This document shows positions 18,971 to 27,905 of a stretch of DNA of 32,000 nucleotides, piece by piece; position 1 is the first letter of the stretch; the number at the start of each line of letters is the position of its first letter. Under the pieces are notes generated by a model. The model saw nothing but the letters and a program-made list of their open reading frames with translations, was not told the DNA's origin and did not search any database. The position numbers and the translations under genes were made by a program. The stretch is from Candidatus Nitrosopumilus koreensis AR1 (GTDB lineage: Archaea; Thermoproteota; Nitrososphaeria; Nitrososphaerales; Nitrosopumilaceae), in the NCBI RefSeq assembly GCF_000299365.1, contig NC_018655.1, positions 1,140,001 to 1,172,000 of the forward strand, given 5' to 3'.

Positions 18971-20887
18971 TTATCTCAGATTACGAAATTGATCTGGATT
19001 TGTGGTAGTTATAGTTATGAAGCTAGTTCCCTGACGCGGTTCACGATCACAAATAACATGTTCCCAGTGATTTTCAGGGATCCAATTTTTTAGTTCTGGA
19101 TCATAAACGAAATGAATTTTTGCCAAGTTTTTTTCATAGAAAAAATCTATTTTTTCTCTATCAGGTCCTGCAGGATTTCCTTCCGAAACTATTTCGATTG
19201 CAAAAGGTTTCAGATTTGTATAATTTGAGTAAAATTTGGGGACGTCCATTCTGTATAGTTTGGATTCATTCCTTTCAATGACTTCTTCTTTATAAAATGC
19301 CTCACGTACAAGTTTTACTCTGTCTTGAAGATAATAGTTAGAATTATCAACATTACAGAGTTCTTCATTTAGATACCATGAAGATTTTACAAGGGAATCA
19401 TATTTCCCAATATTCGTTACTTTAAGATCCCAATAGGTTCCTCCAAGGTCACCATCACGTTTGAATGGATGGATTTCATACTCAAGTTCCAGTTCAAAAT
19501 CCTGATACAGACTAGCTAACATCAAACCATTACTTCTTTCCAAGGCTTCCAAAATTTTTGACGTAGATTCACTTTCTCCAAGCATTTCTTCAGTTAATGA
19601 AACTAATGTTCCAGTAAGACTAAGAATAACAACTGTTGCTATAGCTGTCAATATAGCAGAGCCAACAAGAATTCTTTGAGTCCAAATGTTAGTGTTTTCT
19701 AAGGATTGGCTGGATTTTGTTTGAGCAAAACTTACAAGTTCTTTAAGATGTTCAGAAAGAATTTTGTATTGATTATTTAGAACGCCGTATTCTTCATCAA
19801 TAATTTTTGTATTTTTGTTAACATAATCTAATATATTGAAAAAAAATCCATAGTTTTTGGTAACAATATTTCCTCCAGTTATTGAGATTTCTGGACGTGG
19901 GAGTAAATCATGTTCAAGTGCACCTTCAACAAATTTTGAAATGTATCTTGTTTCATCAATAATACTAGAGAATTCTAAGAGAAAAGAGCTTTTTTCAATT
20001 AAAGGTGTGGGTCCAAAATCTTTTTTGGACAAAGTAATTTTTTCTTGAAATGTACTAATTTCTTTATTAAAAACATCTAGTTTCGTTTTCCATTTATGTA
20101 TCTGAGAAATTCTAAAATTTGTCCACAACCACAATAGTTGAGTTTCTAAGCTGTTTTCCATAGAAGATGAAAAAAACAGGTCTCCATCAAACAATTTTGA
20201 TTCTTGAGAAAACTCTAATTTTATAATCCATGAAAAATCATACCCATAATTAGAAAAAATTGATGCACCCTGAGCAATGACAGATATCTTATTAGCAAAA
20301 TATTCAGAAATTGAAATTAATCCACCGTAATTGACACCATATTTTCTCATGAAGGGTTTTTCTCGAAATTCTTTTGAAAATTCATCAGAAGTTTTATCAT
20401 GTTCAAGTTTACAGATTTCATCAAAATCAGGTGCTTCAAAATAGAAATTTACAAATCCACAGCCAGAATCAAACCTAAAATTATCTTTTGAATCAGAAAC
20501 AGCGCCAATTCCCATCCCTTTCCAAAATGACCAAAATCTCTTTCTCAAGGTTTCAATTTTTGTTCTGCTTTCATTAATTTCGCCAGATTCAATTTCTTCA
20601 ATAGTTTCTGAGGATAGAAATCCACTCATTTGGATAGTATGCATAAAGGAAAAACGTGCATAATTAATTACACGAATTTTTACTTCACTCATAAAAGAAA
20701 TGGATTCTGGGATTTCTGTTAGAGACCATTCTTGAAATGAGCCTCCACCCATAGGTCCGGTTTGAATCCAATTTGAGGATTTTGGGACTTCCCCATCAAT
20801 AATTTGTTTAATAGAATTATCGAGTTTGTTTTTTTCATTTTTGGTAACAAAATCTAAAATTGTGATTTTTCCTTTGCTTAATTTCAT
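18971..20887 (-). CDS. Uncharacterised 638-aa protein with a central coiled-coil-like region and a single TM segment
   Basis: Long uninterrupted ORF. TM-like segment TQRILVGSAILTAIATVVILSLTGTLV. I recognise no catalytic motif. Confidence 0.7.
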   Translation of the reverse strand: MKLSKGKITILDFVTKNEKNKLDNSIKQIIDGEVPKSSNWIQTGPMGGGSFQEWSLTEIPESISFMSEVKIRVINYARFSFMHTIQMSGFLSSETIEEIESGEINESRTKIETLRKRFWSFWKGMGIGAVSDSKDNFRFDSGCGFVNFYFEAPDFDEICKLEHDKTSDEFSKEFREKPFMRKYGVNYGGLISISEYFANKISVIAQGASIFSNYGYDFSWIIKLEFSQESKLFDGDLFFSSSMENSLETQLLWLWTNFRISQIHKWKTKLDVFNKEISTFQEKITLSKKDFGPTPLIEKSSFLLEFSSIIDETRYISKFVEGALEHDLLPRPEISITGGNIVTKNYGFFFNILDYVNKNTKIIDEEYGVLNNQYKILSEHLKELVSFAQTKSSQSLENTNIWTQRILVGSAILTAIATVVILSLTGTLVSLTEEMLGESESTSKILEALERSNGLMLASLYQDFELELEYEIHPFKRDGDLGGTYWDLKVTNIGKYDSLVKSSWYLNEELCNVDNSNYYLQDRVKLVREAFYKEEVIERNESKLYRMDVPKFYSNYTNLKPFAIEIVSEGNPAGPDREKIDFFYEKNLAKIHFVYDPELKNWIPENHWEHVICDREPRQGTSFITITTTNPDQFRNLR

Positions 20888-20950
20888 ATTTGTATGAAAA
20901 TAATAATAGATTTAACTATTTTTTAAAAATTCAAATTTTCAGTAAAAATG

Positions 20951-21190
20951 TTAATTTTTTAGTCGCCTAAGAGATTCCCAAACCCCATAATGCTCCAATG
21001 TTTCAGTGTCATAGTTTTCTACAATTTTGGTCGAGCCAGTTCTCATATAATCCCCTAAAGATTCGGTGAATTGGATTTGATTTTTCAATAAATGTTGAAG
21101 ATCAGATACATGGATTTTCAATTCTTCCATTTCAGATTTTTCTACTCGCAGTTGTTGTATGAAGATTTCTTGTATTTGAGAAAAGATCAT
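20951..21190 (-). CDS. Uncharacterised 79-aa coiled-coil-like protein
   Basis: MIFSQIQEIFIQQLRVEKSEMEELKIHVSDLQHLLKNQIQFTESLGDYMRTGSTKIVENYDTETLEHYGVWESLRRLKN, 63 nt upstream of the 638-aa ORF on the same strand. Confidence 0.5.
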   Translation of the reverse strand: MIFSQIQEIFIQQLRVEKSEMEELKIHVSDLQHLLKNQIQFTESLGDYMRTGSTKIVENYDTETLEHYGVWESLRRLKN

Positions 21191-21206
21191 AGTTAATTAT
21201 TCAATT

Positions 21207-21227
21207 TGCGTTTTAATTTACCGATAC
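21207..21227 (+). repeat. Right inverted repeat of the accessory block
   Basis: tgcgttttaatttaccgatac, compared with the reverse complement of 15457..15477: tgcgttttattttaccgatac. Confidence 0.8.
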
Positions 21228-21238
21228 TTCTGGTATGC

Positions 21239-21256
21239 GTTTATCTTGGAATGTCA
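21239..21256 (+). repeat. Right copy of the 18-bp direct repeat
   Basis: gtttatcttggaatgtca, identical to 15432..15449. Confidence 0.8.
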
Positions 21257-21308
21257 ATTGTTGTAAGAAATTTGGTTGATTTTCATTCTTCAGAATTATG
21301 AATTAATA

Positions 21309-21366
21309 GGGTCAGAGGTTTTAGTAGTGTAATCACGAGTCATACAGCCACCGTCTCATCATACCC
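21309..21366 (-). ncRNA. Candidate C/D box (sno-like) sRNA
   Basis: Minus strand: GGGGT-ATGATGA(C)-GACGGTGGCTGT-ATGA(D'-like)-CTC-GTGATTA(C'-like)-CACTACTAAAACCT-CTGA(D)-CCC. A 12-nt C-to-D' spacer and a short G/C terminal stem. Located immediately downstream of the 21369..21863 stop. Confidence 0.45.
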
Positions 21367-21368
21367 CG

Positions 21369-21863
21369 TTATTCCATTAAATCAAGTAGACTTTGTACTT
21401 TATTTCTAATTTCTGAGTTAATTTTGACTACCACGAGTCCTTCATTTGGTTGACCGTACAATACAACAGAATTTTCAGGAGCATGAATACAAACGGGCAA
21501 TACCAAAAGGTCTTCTTCACCAGTTACAAGAATTCGTATTGGAGTTTTCATCAAAAATGCCTTTTTGATTACATCAATACTTTGAGAAGTGATTTCGGCA
21601 GGAGGGTTATCAACAGTTATCTCAGTTGCGTTTGCAAGTTTTGGCGGTTCTCGTTTTTCTCTTTTTTCGATACCATCTACAATCTGTAATGATGGAATTA
21701 AATCAAAACCAATCATCTTTTCAGTGGTTCTATCACCAACTGTAATGATGTAGGAATTTTGCTCAATATGTTTGAGAATATTTTCTTTGTTTGATTGACT
21801 TTCAGGTATAAGAGTACCCAAAGGGATTTTCATTTGTTCTCTTAGAGAGTCAGGTAACTTCAC
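21369..21863 (-). CDS. GTP-dependent dephospho-CoA kinase-like protein (DUF359 family)
   Basis: IITVGDRTTEKMIGFDLIPSLQIVDGIEKREKREPP...VDNPPAEITSQSIDVIKKAF...RILVTGEEDLLVLPVCIHAPENSVVLYGQPNEGLVVVKI. Confidence 0.88.
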   Translation of the reverse strand: MKLPDSLREQMKIPLGTLIPESQSNKENILKHIEQNSYIITVGDRTTEKMIGFDLIPSLQIVDGIEKREKREPPKLANATEITVDNPPAEITSQSIDVIKKAFLMKTPIRILVTGEEDLLVLPVCIHAPENSVVLYGQPNEGLVVVKINSEIRNKVQSLLDLME

Positions 21864-21874
21864 AAAAATCGATT

Positions 21875-23032
21875 CTAGTTTGTACTTGCCTCTGGAGCAG
21901 ATTCTTCATTAGAGCCTTCAGACTCTACCTCTTCTTGGAGTTTTGCTGCAAGTATACTGCATTGTGCTGCAATATTCTTTGCGGCAATTCTAAATGCAAC
22001 AGAACTTGGAGAATCAGGGTTTGTAATCATGATTGGTTTTCCAACATCAGAACCAGACATAATTCCAGAGTTTAATGGAATTTCACCTAAGAAAGGCATG
22101 TTAAACTGTTCACTAATTTTCTTTGCACCACCATCACCAAAGATGTAATGTTTTTCATCACAATTAGGACAGATAAAATGACTCATGTTTTCAACAACAC
22201 CGATAATTGGAACATTTAGTTTTTCAAACATTCCAATTGCTTTTACTGCAACATTACTTGCAACATCTTGGGGTGTAGTGACTACTAAAATTCCGGTAAT
22301 AGGAATTGTTTGTGCAAGAGTTAATGGAATATCACCAGTTCCAGGAGGAAGGTCCACAATAAGATAGTCCAAGTCAGACCAGTTTGTATCAACTAGAAAT
22401 TGTTTGAGAATGCCTGAAATAATTGGGCCACGATAAATTGCTGCTTGATGAGCTTGTTCGGCAAAGAAACCAAAGGAAACAACTTTGAGACCATTTGATT
22501 CTGCTGGTTGAAGTTTGTTATCTTCAACTTCCATAAAGCCATCTTTCATTCCGAGCATCAGAGGGATACTTGGACCATAAATGTCAGCATCTAGCAATCC
22601 AACTTTAGCACCTGTTTGTTGTAATGCCAAAGCTAAGTTCAGTGATACTGTTGATTTTCCTACGCCGCCTTTTCCACTTGCAACACCGATAATGTTTTTG
22701 ACGGTAGCCATTCCAGTGTCGGCATCAAGTGAGCGTCCTTCCATTACTTTTGCAGTCACGTTCATGTCAAAATTTTTCACGCCAAGTTCATCAATTGCTT
22801 TTCTTACATCCTCTTCAATTTCGGCGTTAAATGGACATGCAGGGGTAGTTAATTCTAAGGTAAATTTCAAATTTCCGTCGTTAAGTTCCAAGTCTTTAAT
22901 CATCCCCATTGATACAATGTCTTTTTTCAAATCAGGATCAATGACAGTACTGAGTTTTTCAAGGACTTGATCTATTCCAACCATTGCGTCAAAAAACCCG
23001 TTTACTTTATTTAAACATAAGTCGATGACCAA
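21875..23032 (-). CDS. apbC: Mrp/NBP35-type Fe-S carrier P-loop ATPase with N-terminal MIP18/DUF59 domain; likely start at Met 22984
   Basis: N-terminal VIDPDLKKDIVSMGMIKDLELNDG...TTPACP; then IIGVASGKGGVGKSTVSLNLALAL, DADIYGPSIPLMLG, DYLIVDLPPGTGDIPLTLAQ, ENMSHFICPNC. Confidence 0.93.
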   Translation of the reverse strand: MVIDLCLNKVNGFFDAMVGIDQVLEKLSTVIDPDLKKDIVSMGMIKDLELNDGNLKFTLELTTPACPFNAEIEEDVRKAIDELGVKNFDMNVTAKVMEGRSLDADTGMATVKNIIGVASGKGGVGKSTVSLNLALALQQTGAKVGLLDADIYGPSIPLMLGMKDGFMEVEDNKLQPAESNGLKVVSFGFFAEQAHQAAIYRGPIISGILKQFLVDTNWSDLDYLIVDLPPGTGDIPLTLAQTIPITGILVVTTPQDVASNVAVKAIGMFEKLNVPIIGVVENMSHFICPNCDEKHYIFGDGGAKKISEQFNMPFLGEIPLNSGIMSGSDVGKPIMITNPDSPSSVAFRIAAKNIAAQCSILAAKLQEEVESEGSNEESAPEASTN

Positions 23033-23133
23033 AAGAAATTGTCAATATTTTTCGAAAATTAGCAAAATCTTTGGAAAAACATGCCCAAATTACCCAAAGA
23101 TTCATAAATTGAAATTCAAGAAAAACAGCACAG

Positions 23134-23730
23134 TTGTTTTCTATATCTACCCTAGTTGATGTTGTCAGGATTCCTCCAAGCTTATTTGGAACCACACTCA
23201 AAAAGGCAGCTGTAAACATTCTCAAAGAAAAATACGAGAGTATGATTAACGCCGATTTAGGATACATCATCATGATTTTAGATGCCAAAGTCGATGAAAT
23301 GGGAAAGATGATTGCAGGCGATGGCGGAACATTCCATAGAGTTCAATTTGAAGCATTAACATTTTATCCAAAATTACAAGAAATTGTACAAGGAGAGATT
23401 GTAGACATTACAGACTTTGGTGCATTTGTCAGAATTGGTCCAACAGATGCATTACTTCATTTATCACAAGTTATGGATGATTATCTCAAGAGTGATGTGA
23501 AATCTGGAATGATTTTAGCTAATCAAAGTGGAAGAACATTAAAAGTTGGTTCTACACTTCGCGCAAGAATTACTGCAGTATCATTAGGCAAAGCAGCCGC
23601 AATGGGAAAGATCGGAATCACATGCAGACAACCATTCCTTGGCGCAGACGAATGGATTGAAGAAGAGATTAAGAAATCTTCTGGCGATGCAGAAGAACCA
23701 GCAAAAGAAGCTAAAGTAGAGGCAAGTTAA
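23134..23730 (+). CDS. rpo7: DNA-directed RNA polymerase subunit Rpo7/E'
   Basis: DVVRIPPSLFGTTLKKAAVNILKEKYE...GDGGTFHRVQFEALTFYPKLQEIVQGEIVDITDFGAFVRIGPTDALLHLSQVMDD. Confidence 0.95.
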   Translation: MFSISTLVDVVRIPPSLFGTTLKKAAVNILKEKYESMINADLGYIIMILDAKVDEMGKMIAGDGGTFHRVQFEALTFYPKLQEIVQGEIVDITDFGAFVRIGPTDALLHLSQVMDDYLKSDVKSGMILANQSGRTLKVGSTLRARITAVSLGKAAAMGKIGITCRQPFLGADEWIEEEIKKSSGDAEEPAKEAKVEAS

Positions 23731-23731
23731 G

Positions 23732-23920
23732 ATGGCACGAGAAATGGCATGTAGAAAATGCAAGTATGTGACAGTGGGTAAAGTTTGTCCAGTATGCAAA
23801 TCATCAGATTTGACGCCAGATTGGAGTGGGGTTGTACTAGTAGTAGACCCAACAAATTCTGAAATCTCAAAAACTCTAGGCATTACTCAAAAAGGCAAGT
23901 ATGCAATCAAAGTAACATAA
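23732..23920 (+). CDS. spt4: Transcription elongation factor Spt4 / RNA polymerase subunit E''
   Basis: MACRKCKYVTVGKVCPVCKSSDLTPDWSGVVLVVDPTNSEISKTLGITQKGKYAIKV, directly after rpo7. Confidence 0.95.
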   Translation: MAREMACRKCKYVTVGKVCPVCKSSDLTPDWSGVVLVVDPTNSEISKTLGITQKGKYAIKVT

Positions 23921-23960
23921 AACTTCTAAATCTTTAAAATCAAACTTACATTTTATCATA

Positions 23961-24776
23961 ATGTTGTCATTTAATTCAAAAAAACAATTATCACAATTTT
24001 TAGCAGAAGACATCGGTAAAGGAGATATTACTAGTGCACTTTTACCAAAGAAAAAAGTCACAGTTAGAATAATTTCACGAGAATCCGCAATTGTGGGAGG
24101 GGCAACATACGCAAAAACTATTTTCAAAATTAAAGGATGTAATGTAAAAATTTTGAAAAAGGATGGCTCAAAAATACGACCAAATCAAACAGTTATGATC
24201 ATTTCAGGAGATGCTGGAAAAATTTTGATGTGTGAGAGAACAGCACTTAATCTTTTAACAAGAATGAGTGGAATTGCAACTCAGACAAATGAACTTGTAA
24301 AAAAAATTCCAAAAAAAACAAAAATCTATGCCACAAGAAAGACAGCCCCAGGACTACGATACTTTGACAAAGAAGCAGTAGAGATAGGAGGAGGTAAAAA
24401 ACATAGATTAAGATTAGACGAAATGGTTATGATTAAAGACAATCACATCGCAGTTGATTCTCTAGAGTCACTAATTAAAAAAGCCAAGAAAAAACACAAA
24501 AAATTTGAGGTCGAGGTTGAAAACACTACAGATGCAGTACTTGCTGCAAAAGAAGGGGCAACAATAATCATGTTAGACAACTTCTCTCCAAAACAAATCA
24601 AAAAGACAATACAGGTTCTCAAAAATCATAAATTACGAAAAAATATCCTGCTTGAAGCATCTGGAGGAATTAATTCAAAAAATATTTCCACATATGGACA
24701 AACAGGAGTAGACATCATTTCAGTTGGAAGTATTACAAACTCTGTTAAAGGAATTGATATGAGTTTGGAAGTCTAA
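23961..24776 (+). CDS. nadC: Nicotinate-nucleotide pyrophosphorylase (carboxylating)
   Basis: EDIGKGDITSALL...CERTALNLLTRMSGIAT...YATRKTAPGLRYFDKEAVEIGGGKKHRLRLDEMVMIKDNHI. Confidence 0.96.
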   Translation: MLSFNSKKQLSQFLAEDIGKGDITSALLPKKKVTVRIISRESAIVGGATYAKTIFKIKGCNVKILKKDGSKIRPNQTVMIISGDAGKILMCERTALNLLTRMSGIATQTNELVKKIPKKTKIYATRKTAPGLRYFDKEAVEIGGGKKHRLRLDEMVMIKDNHIAVDSLESLIKKAKKKHKKFEVEVENTTDAVLAAKEGATIIMLDNFSPKQIKKTIQVLKNHKLRKNILLEASGGINSKNISTYGQTGVDIISVGSITNSVKGIDMSLEV

Positions 24777-25393
24777 TCATATCTAGGGAGTTTTCCGAAG
24801 TCATCAAAACTGTTCTGAACATTAGAATCTGCAAACCCATATTTGATGTTAAGATCTTCATTAATCTGAATCATCTCAACGCGCGTAAGTGATGCATATT
24901 TAACAAATTCTTTTAATGCATCATGATAAGTTCCGCCATTATCAAGAACCATTTGCTTTGCAGCACGTGCAATCTGCACTTTGTTATCAACATAGTTGAA
25001 TTGATCCCAATAGATTCCATGGTGAGTGGCATTTATGCCACCAAGAAAAGTAGCAAATGCATTTCTTGGCGTATAAGACTCATAATCTTTATTCATCCTA
25101 TCAAGTTGTTTTCGAAGAATTTCTTGAGAAAGTTTTCGCTGTTCATCAATTGCCAACTGTTCGGGCGTCTTTGTCAGAATCTTTCCTGCTTGAAGTTCTT
25201 TTAGAATTTGTTTTGATTGTTTTATTTTTTCTAACATTTGTTTTGCAACAGAACTATTGTTAATCTCGTCACCTGAAATTGATGTATACTCAAACTCAGA
25301 GGGATTAGTTTGTGCAAATGCATAGCTACTTGAAAATACCATTAAAGAAAATATTGCAGCAACTGCTAACTGCATTGTAATCTTTTGCCCCAC
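24773..25393 (-). CDS. Secreted protein of unknown function
   Basis: Signal peptide QLAVAAIFSLMVFSSSYAFAQ followed by a soluble domain. Convergent with nadC. Confidence 0.65.
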   Translation of the reverse strand: MGQKITMQLAVAAIFSLMVFSSSYAFAQTNPSEFEYTSISGDEINNSSVAKQMLEKIKQSKQILKELQAGKILTKTPEQLAIDEQRKLSQEILRKQLDRMNKDYESYTPRNAFATFLGGINATHHGIYWDQFNYVDNKVQIARAAKQMVLDNGGTYHDALKEFVKYASLTRVEMIQINEDLNIKYGFADSNVQNSFDDFGKLPRYD

Positions 25394-25468
25394 AGATAAA
25401 AAAAATTAGAACTTATTTACCAGATACTTGTGATTTCATAGTAAATCTTATTACCTATAATTCAATAA

Positions 25469-25873
25469 TCATGAGATCTTTAACTCAGATAAAAGGGCTG
25501 AAACTGACTTGTTTTTTGGATCAACTTCTTGTATTTTTTCACAGCATTGAATTGCTCTTTTGTTTTCACCTAATTTTTGATGCGAATATGCTTTCAAAAG
25601 TAGGACATCCACATCATAAGAAGCAATTTCAAGTGCCTTATCGAAATAAGATACGGCAGTTTTGTACTTTTTTTTCAGATAATAAATTCCACCTACAGTA
25701 AACAATGCGTCATGATTATTTGGCACCATTCTCAGATATTCTGTACCGGATTTTAGAGCTTCGTCATATTTTTTTTGTTTTGCAAGTTTTTTAAATTCTT
25801 TAAATTTTTCAGCATTTCTTTTTTGATTAGGATCCTTAGGAGTTCTACTGAATAATCCAACCAAAATAATCAC
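25469..25873 (-). CDS. TPR-repeat protein
   Basis: KKYDEALKSGTEYLRMVPNNHDALFTVGGIYYLKKKYKTAVSYFDKALEIASYDVDVLLLKAYSHQKLGENKRAIQCCEKIQEVDPKN. Confidence 0.8.
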   Translation of the reverse strand: MIILVGLFSRTPKDPNQKRNAEKFKEFKKLAKQKKYDEALKSGTEYLRMVPNNHDALFTVGGIYYLKKKYKTAVSYFDKALEIASYDVDVLLLKAYSHQKLGENKRAIQCCEKIQEVDPKNKSVSALLSELKIS

Positions 25874-25878
25874 ACAGT

Positions 25879-26834
25879 TTAGCTTATTGCAAGCATTCTA
25901 TCAATTGCTAAACGAGCCTTGTCTGCAATTTCTTTTGGAACAGTAACAATATTTTTTTCATTTACAAGTGCATCATACACTTTTTCAAGTGTGATCATTT
26001 TCATGTACTGGCATTCAGCTTTTTCTGAGGCAGGAATGAATTTTTTATCTGGATTTTGTTGTCTCATTTTATATAAAATTCCAGTTTCAGTTGCAACAAC
26101 AAAGTTTTTAGCTTTTGATTCTTTCACATGATTTAACATTCCCTCAGTAGAAAGAATGGAAACTTTTTGATCATCAAAACTTCCATCTGCAACATCATAC
26201 ATCATAGGAGTTGTACAACTACATTCAGGATGAATTACAAATTCAGCATCTTTCATTGAATTTAATTTTTTGTTACATCTTCAGGGGTAATACCGGCATG
26301 AACATGACATTCTCCTGCCCATATGTGCATATTTTTTCTACCAGTCATCTTTGCAACATAAGAACCCAAAAACATATCAGGCAAAAATAGAATTTCTTTG
26401 TCTTCAGGAATTGCTTTAACTACATTTACTGCATTAGAAGATGTACAACAATAATCAAGTTCTGCTTTAATCTCTGCAGTAGTGTTAACATATCCAACTG
26501 CAATTGCGCCAGGATGTTGTTTTTTCCAATCTCTTAATTCATCCACAGTAATTGAATCAGATAGGGAACATCCTGCTTCTAAATCAGGCAAGATTACTTT
26601 TTTTTGAGGGCTGATAATTGCAGCAGTTTCAGCCATAAAGTTTACACCACAAAAGAGAATTGTCTTTTGGGAAACATTTGCTGCTTGTCTTGATAAACCT
26701 AAAGAGTCACCTGTAAAATCTGCCACATCTTGAACTTCAGGGATTTGATAATTATGAGCAAGAATTACTACATCCTTTTCATTTTTGAGACGTTCAATCT
26801 CTTCTTTTATTTTGGAGGTTTGTTGTACGAGCAT
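25879..26834 (-). pseudogene. nadA: Quinolinate synthase NadA, split into two frames at 26262-26271
   Basis: N-terminal ORF 26262..26834 ([30 protein letters not shown]...[11 protein letters not shown]...[17 protein letters not shown]) and C-terminal ORF 25879..26256 (MKDAEFVIHPECSCTTPMMY...SEKAECQYMKMITLEKVYDAL). Adding one A to the poly-A run gives a continuous ...[14 protein letters not shown].... Confidence 0.88.
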
Positions 26835-26927
26835 AAACCATTGAAAATTTGAGCAGTAGGGATTTAAAGAATGGGATCGCGCCCAGAATTCTCATGTATG
26901 TTGACAATAGTGGCAATAATTGCCATG

Positions 26928-27746
26928 TTATGTGCCAATCTGAATATCATTAGAACAGTATGTTTTCAGAGTTTGAATAGCAGATAGAATTGCCAATCTA
27001 CTAGTTTTGGGATTATTTACATCGGGAATATTTTCTATAGTAAAAGTCATCTTTCCAAATTTTCCTGTAGCCTCGATATGATGAGTATTCTTGTCAGTGT
27101 TTGGATCTGCAACGATTTTTACATTTGTTTTTGCGCTACCTAGTCCAATCAAGGATAAAAGTGCTGCAACATTGATGTTTGCAGGGAACAAGGATACTGC
27201 TGCTTTTGCAGTTCCTTCAAAAATAGTTGTAGCAGAATTAATTTCATCCAAATTGATGTTAGAAGTTTCAAAGAATTTTGCACCTTTTAGTGAGCGTGGA
27301 TGTTTTGATGTTGTGATAGATAGAGATTCTAATTCATCTTTAACAGATTTAATTCCATCCAGTCCTGCAATAGCACCTGAAGGAAGATAAATTGTTTTTT
27401 TAAAATCTTTGCATGCATCTGACAAAATATCATAGATTGATTCATCAAGTAATGCACCAACACTCATGATCATCAGATCTTTTTTGTTTTGTAAAACACT
27501 TAGTGCTACATCTTTTACTGCATCTTGAGATGCAGCTTCTACAACAATATCTATTGGCTGAGAGGACAAAAGGTGAGGATTTTCAACAATTTCAGGTTTG
27601 TTTGTTAATTTTTGAACAAGTGATGCAGAAGCATCTTTAGACGCATCATAAACATGAGTAAGAGTTGCAGGAAAAGTCCCAGATTCTATTGCTAATGCTA
27701 TTTGAGTTCCCATTGAACCACACCCTAGAAGAGCTATTCGTTTCAA
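26928..27746 (-). CDS. nadX: L-aspartate dehydrogenase
   Basis: KRIALLGCGSMGTQIALAIE...DIVVEAASQDAVKDVALSVLQNKKDLMIMSVGALLD...YLPSGAIAGLDGIKS...ANINVAALLSLIGLG. Adjacent to nadA. Confidence 0.92.
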   Translation of the reverse strand: MKRIALLGCGSMGTQIALAIESGTFPATLTHVYDASKDASASLVQKLTNKPEIVENPHLLSSQPIDIVVEAASQDAVKDVALSVLQNKKDLMIMSVGALLDESIYDILSDACKDFKKTIYLPSGAIAGLDGIKSVKDELESLSITTSKHPRSLKGAKFFETSNINLDEINSATTIFEGTAKAAVSLFPANINVAALLSLIGLGSAKTNVKIVADPNTDKNTHHIEATGKFGKMTFTIENIPDVNNPKTSRLAILSAIQTLKTYCSNDIQIGT

Positions 27747-27905
27747 TCAAAATATCTAGAAAACATCGGTTAATTAATCTAGAATAATCAGGTATTATTT
27801 TCCAAACAAATTGTAATGTAGGCACAAAACTACCAAAATCTATCTAATCCAGAATCATCTTTTAGAAATTTTCAGAGGTTATTAAAAAAATAGAAAAAAA
27901 TAGTG

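Larger units (their letters stand above)
15432..21256. mobile_element. Putative integrated element/accessory island of about 5.8 kb with direct and inverted terminal repeats and no recognisable recombinase
   Basis: 18-bp perfect direct repeat outside (15432..15449 and 21239..21256), 21-bp inverted repeat inside (15457..15477 and 21207..21227, 20/21 match). All five internal ORFs are of unrecognised function, while both flanks are core genes. Confidence 0.55.

Noticed and set aside
15432-21256. Transposase, tyrosine or serine recombinase inside the repeat-bounded block
   Set aside because: I looked for DDE, RHRY and serine recombinase motifs in all five ORFs and did not recognise any, so I make no autonomous transposon claim.
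22581-22970. 129-aa plus-strand ORF
   Set aside because: Antisense to the Mrp/NBP35 ATPase P-loop region, which is unambiguous.
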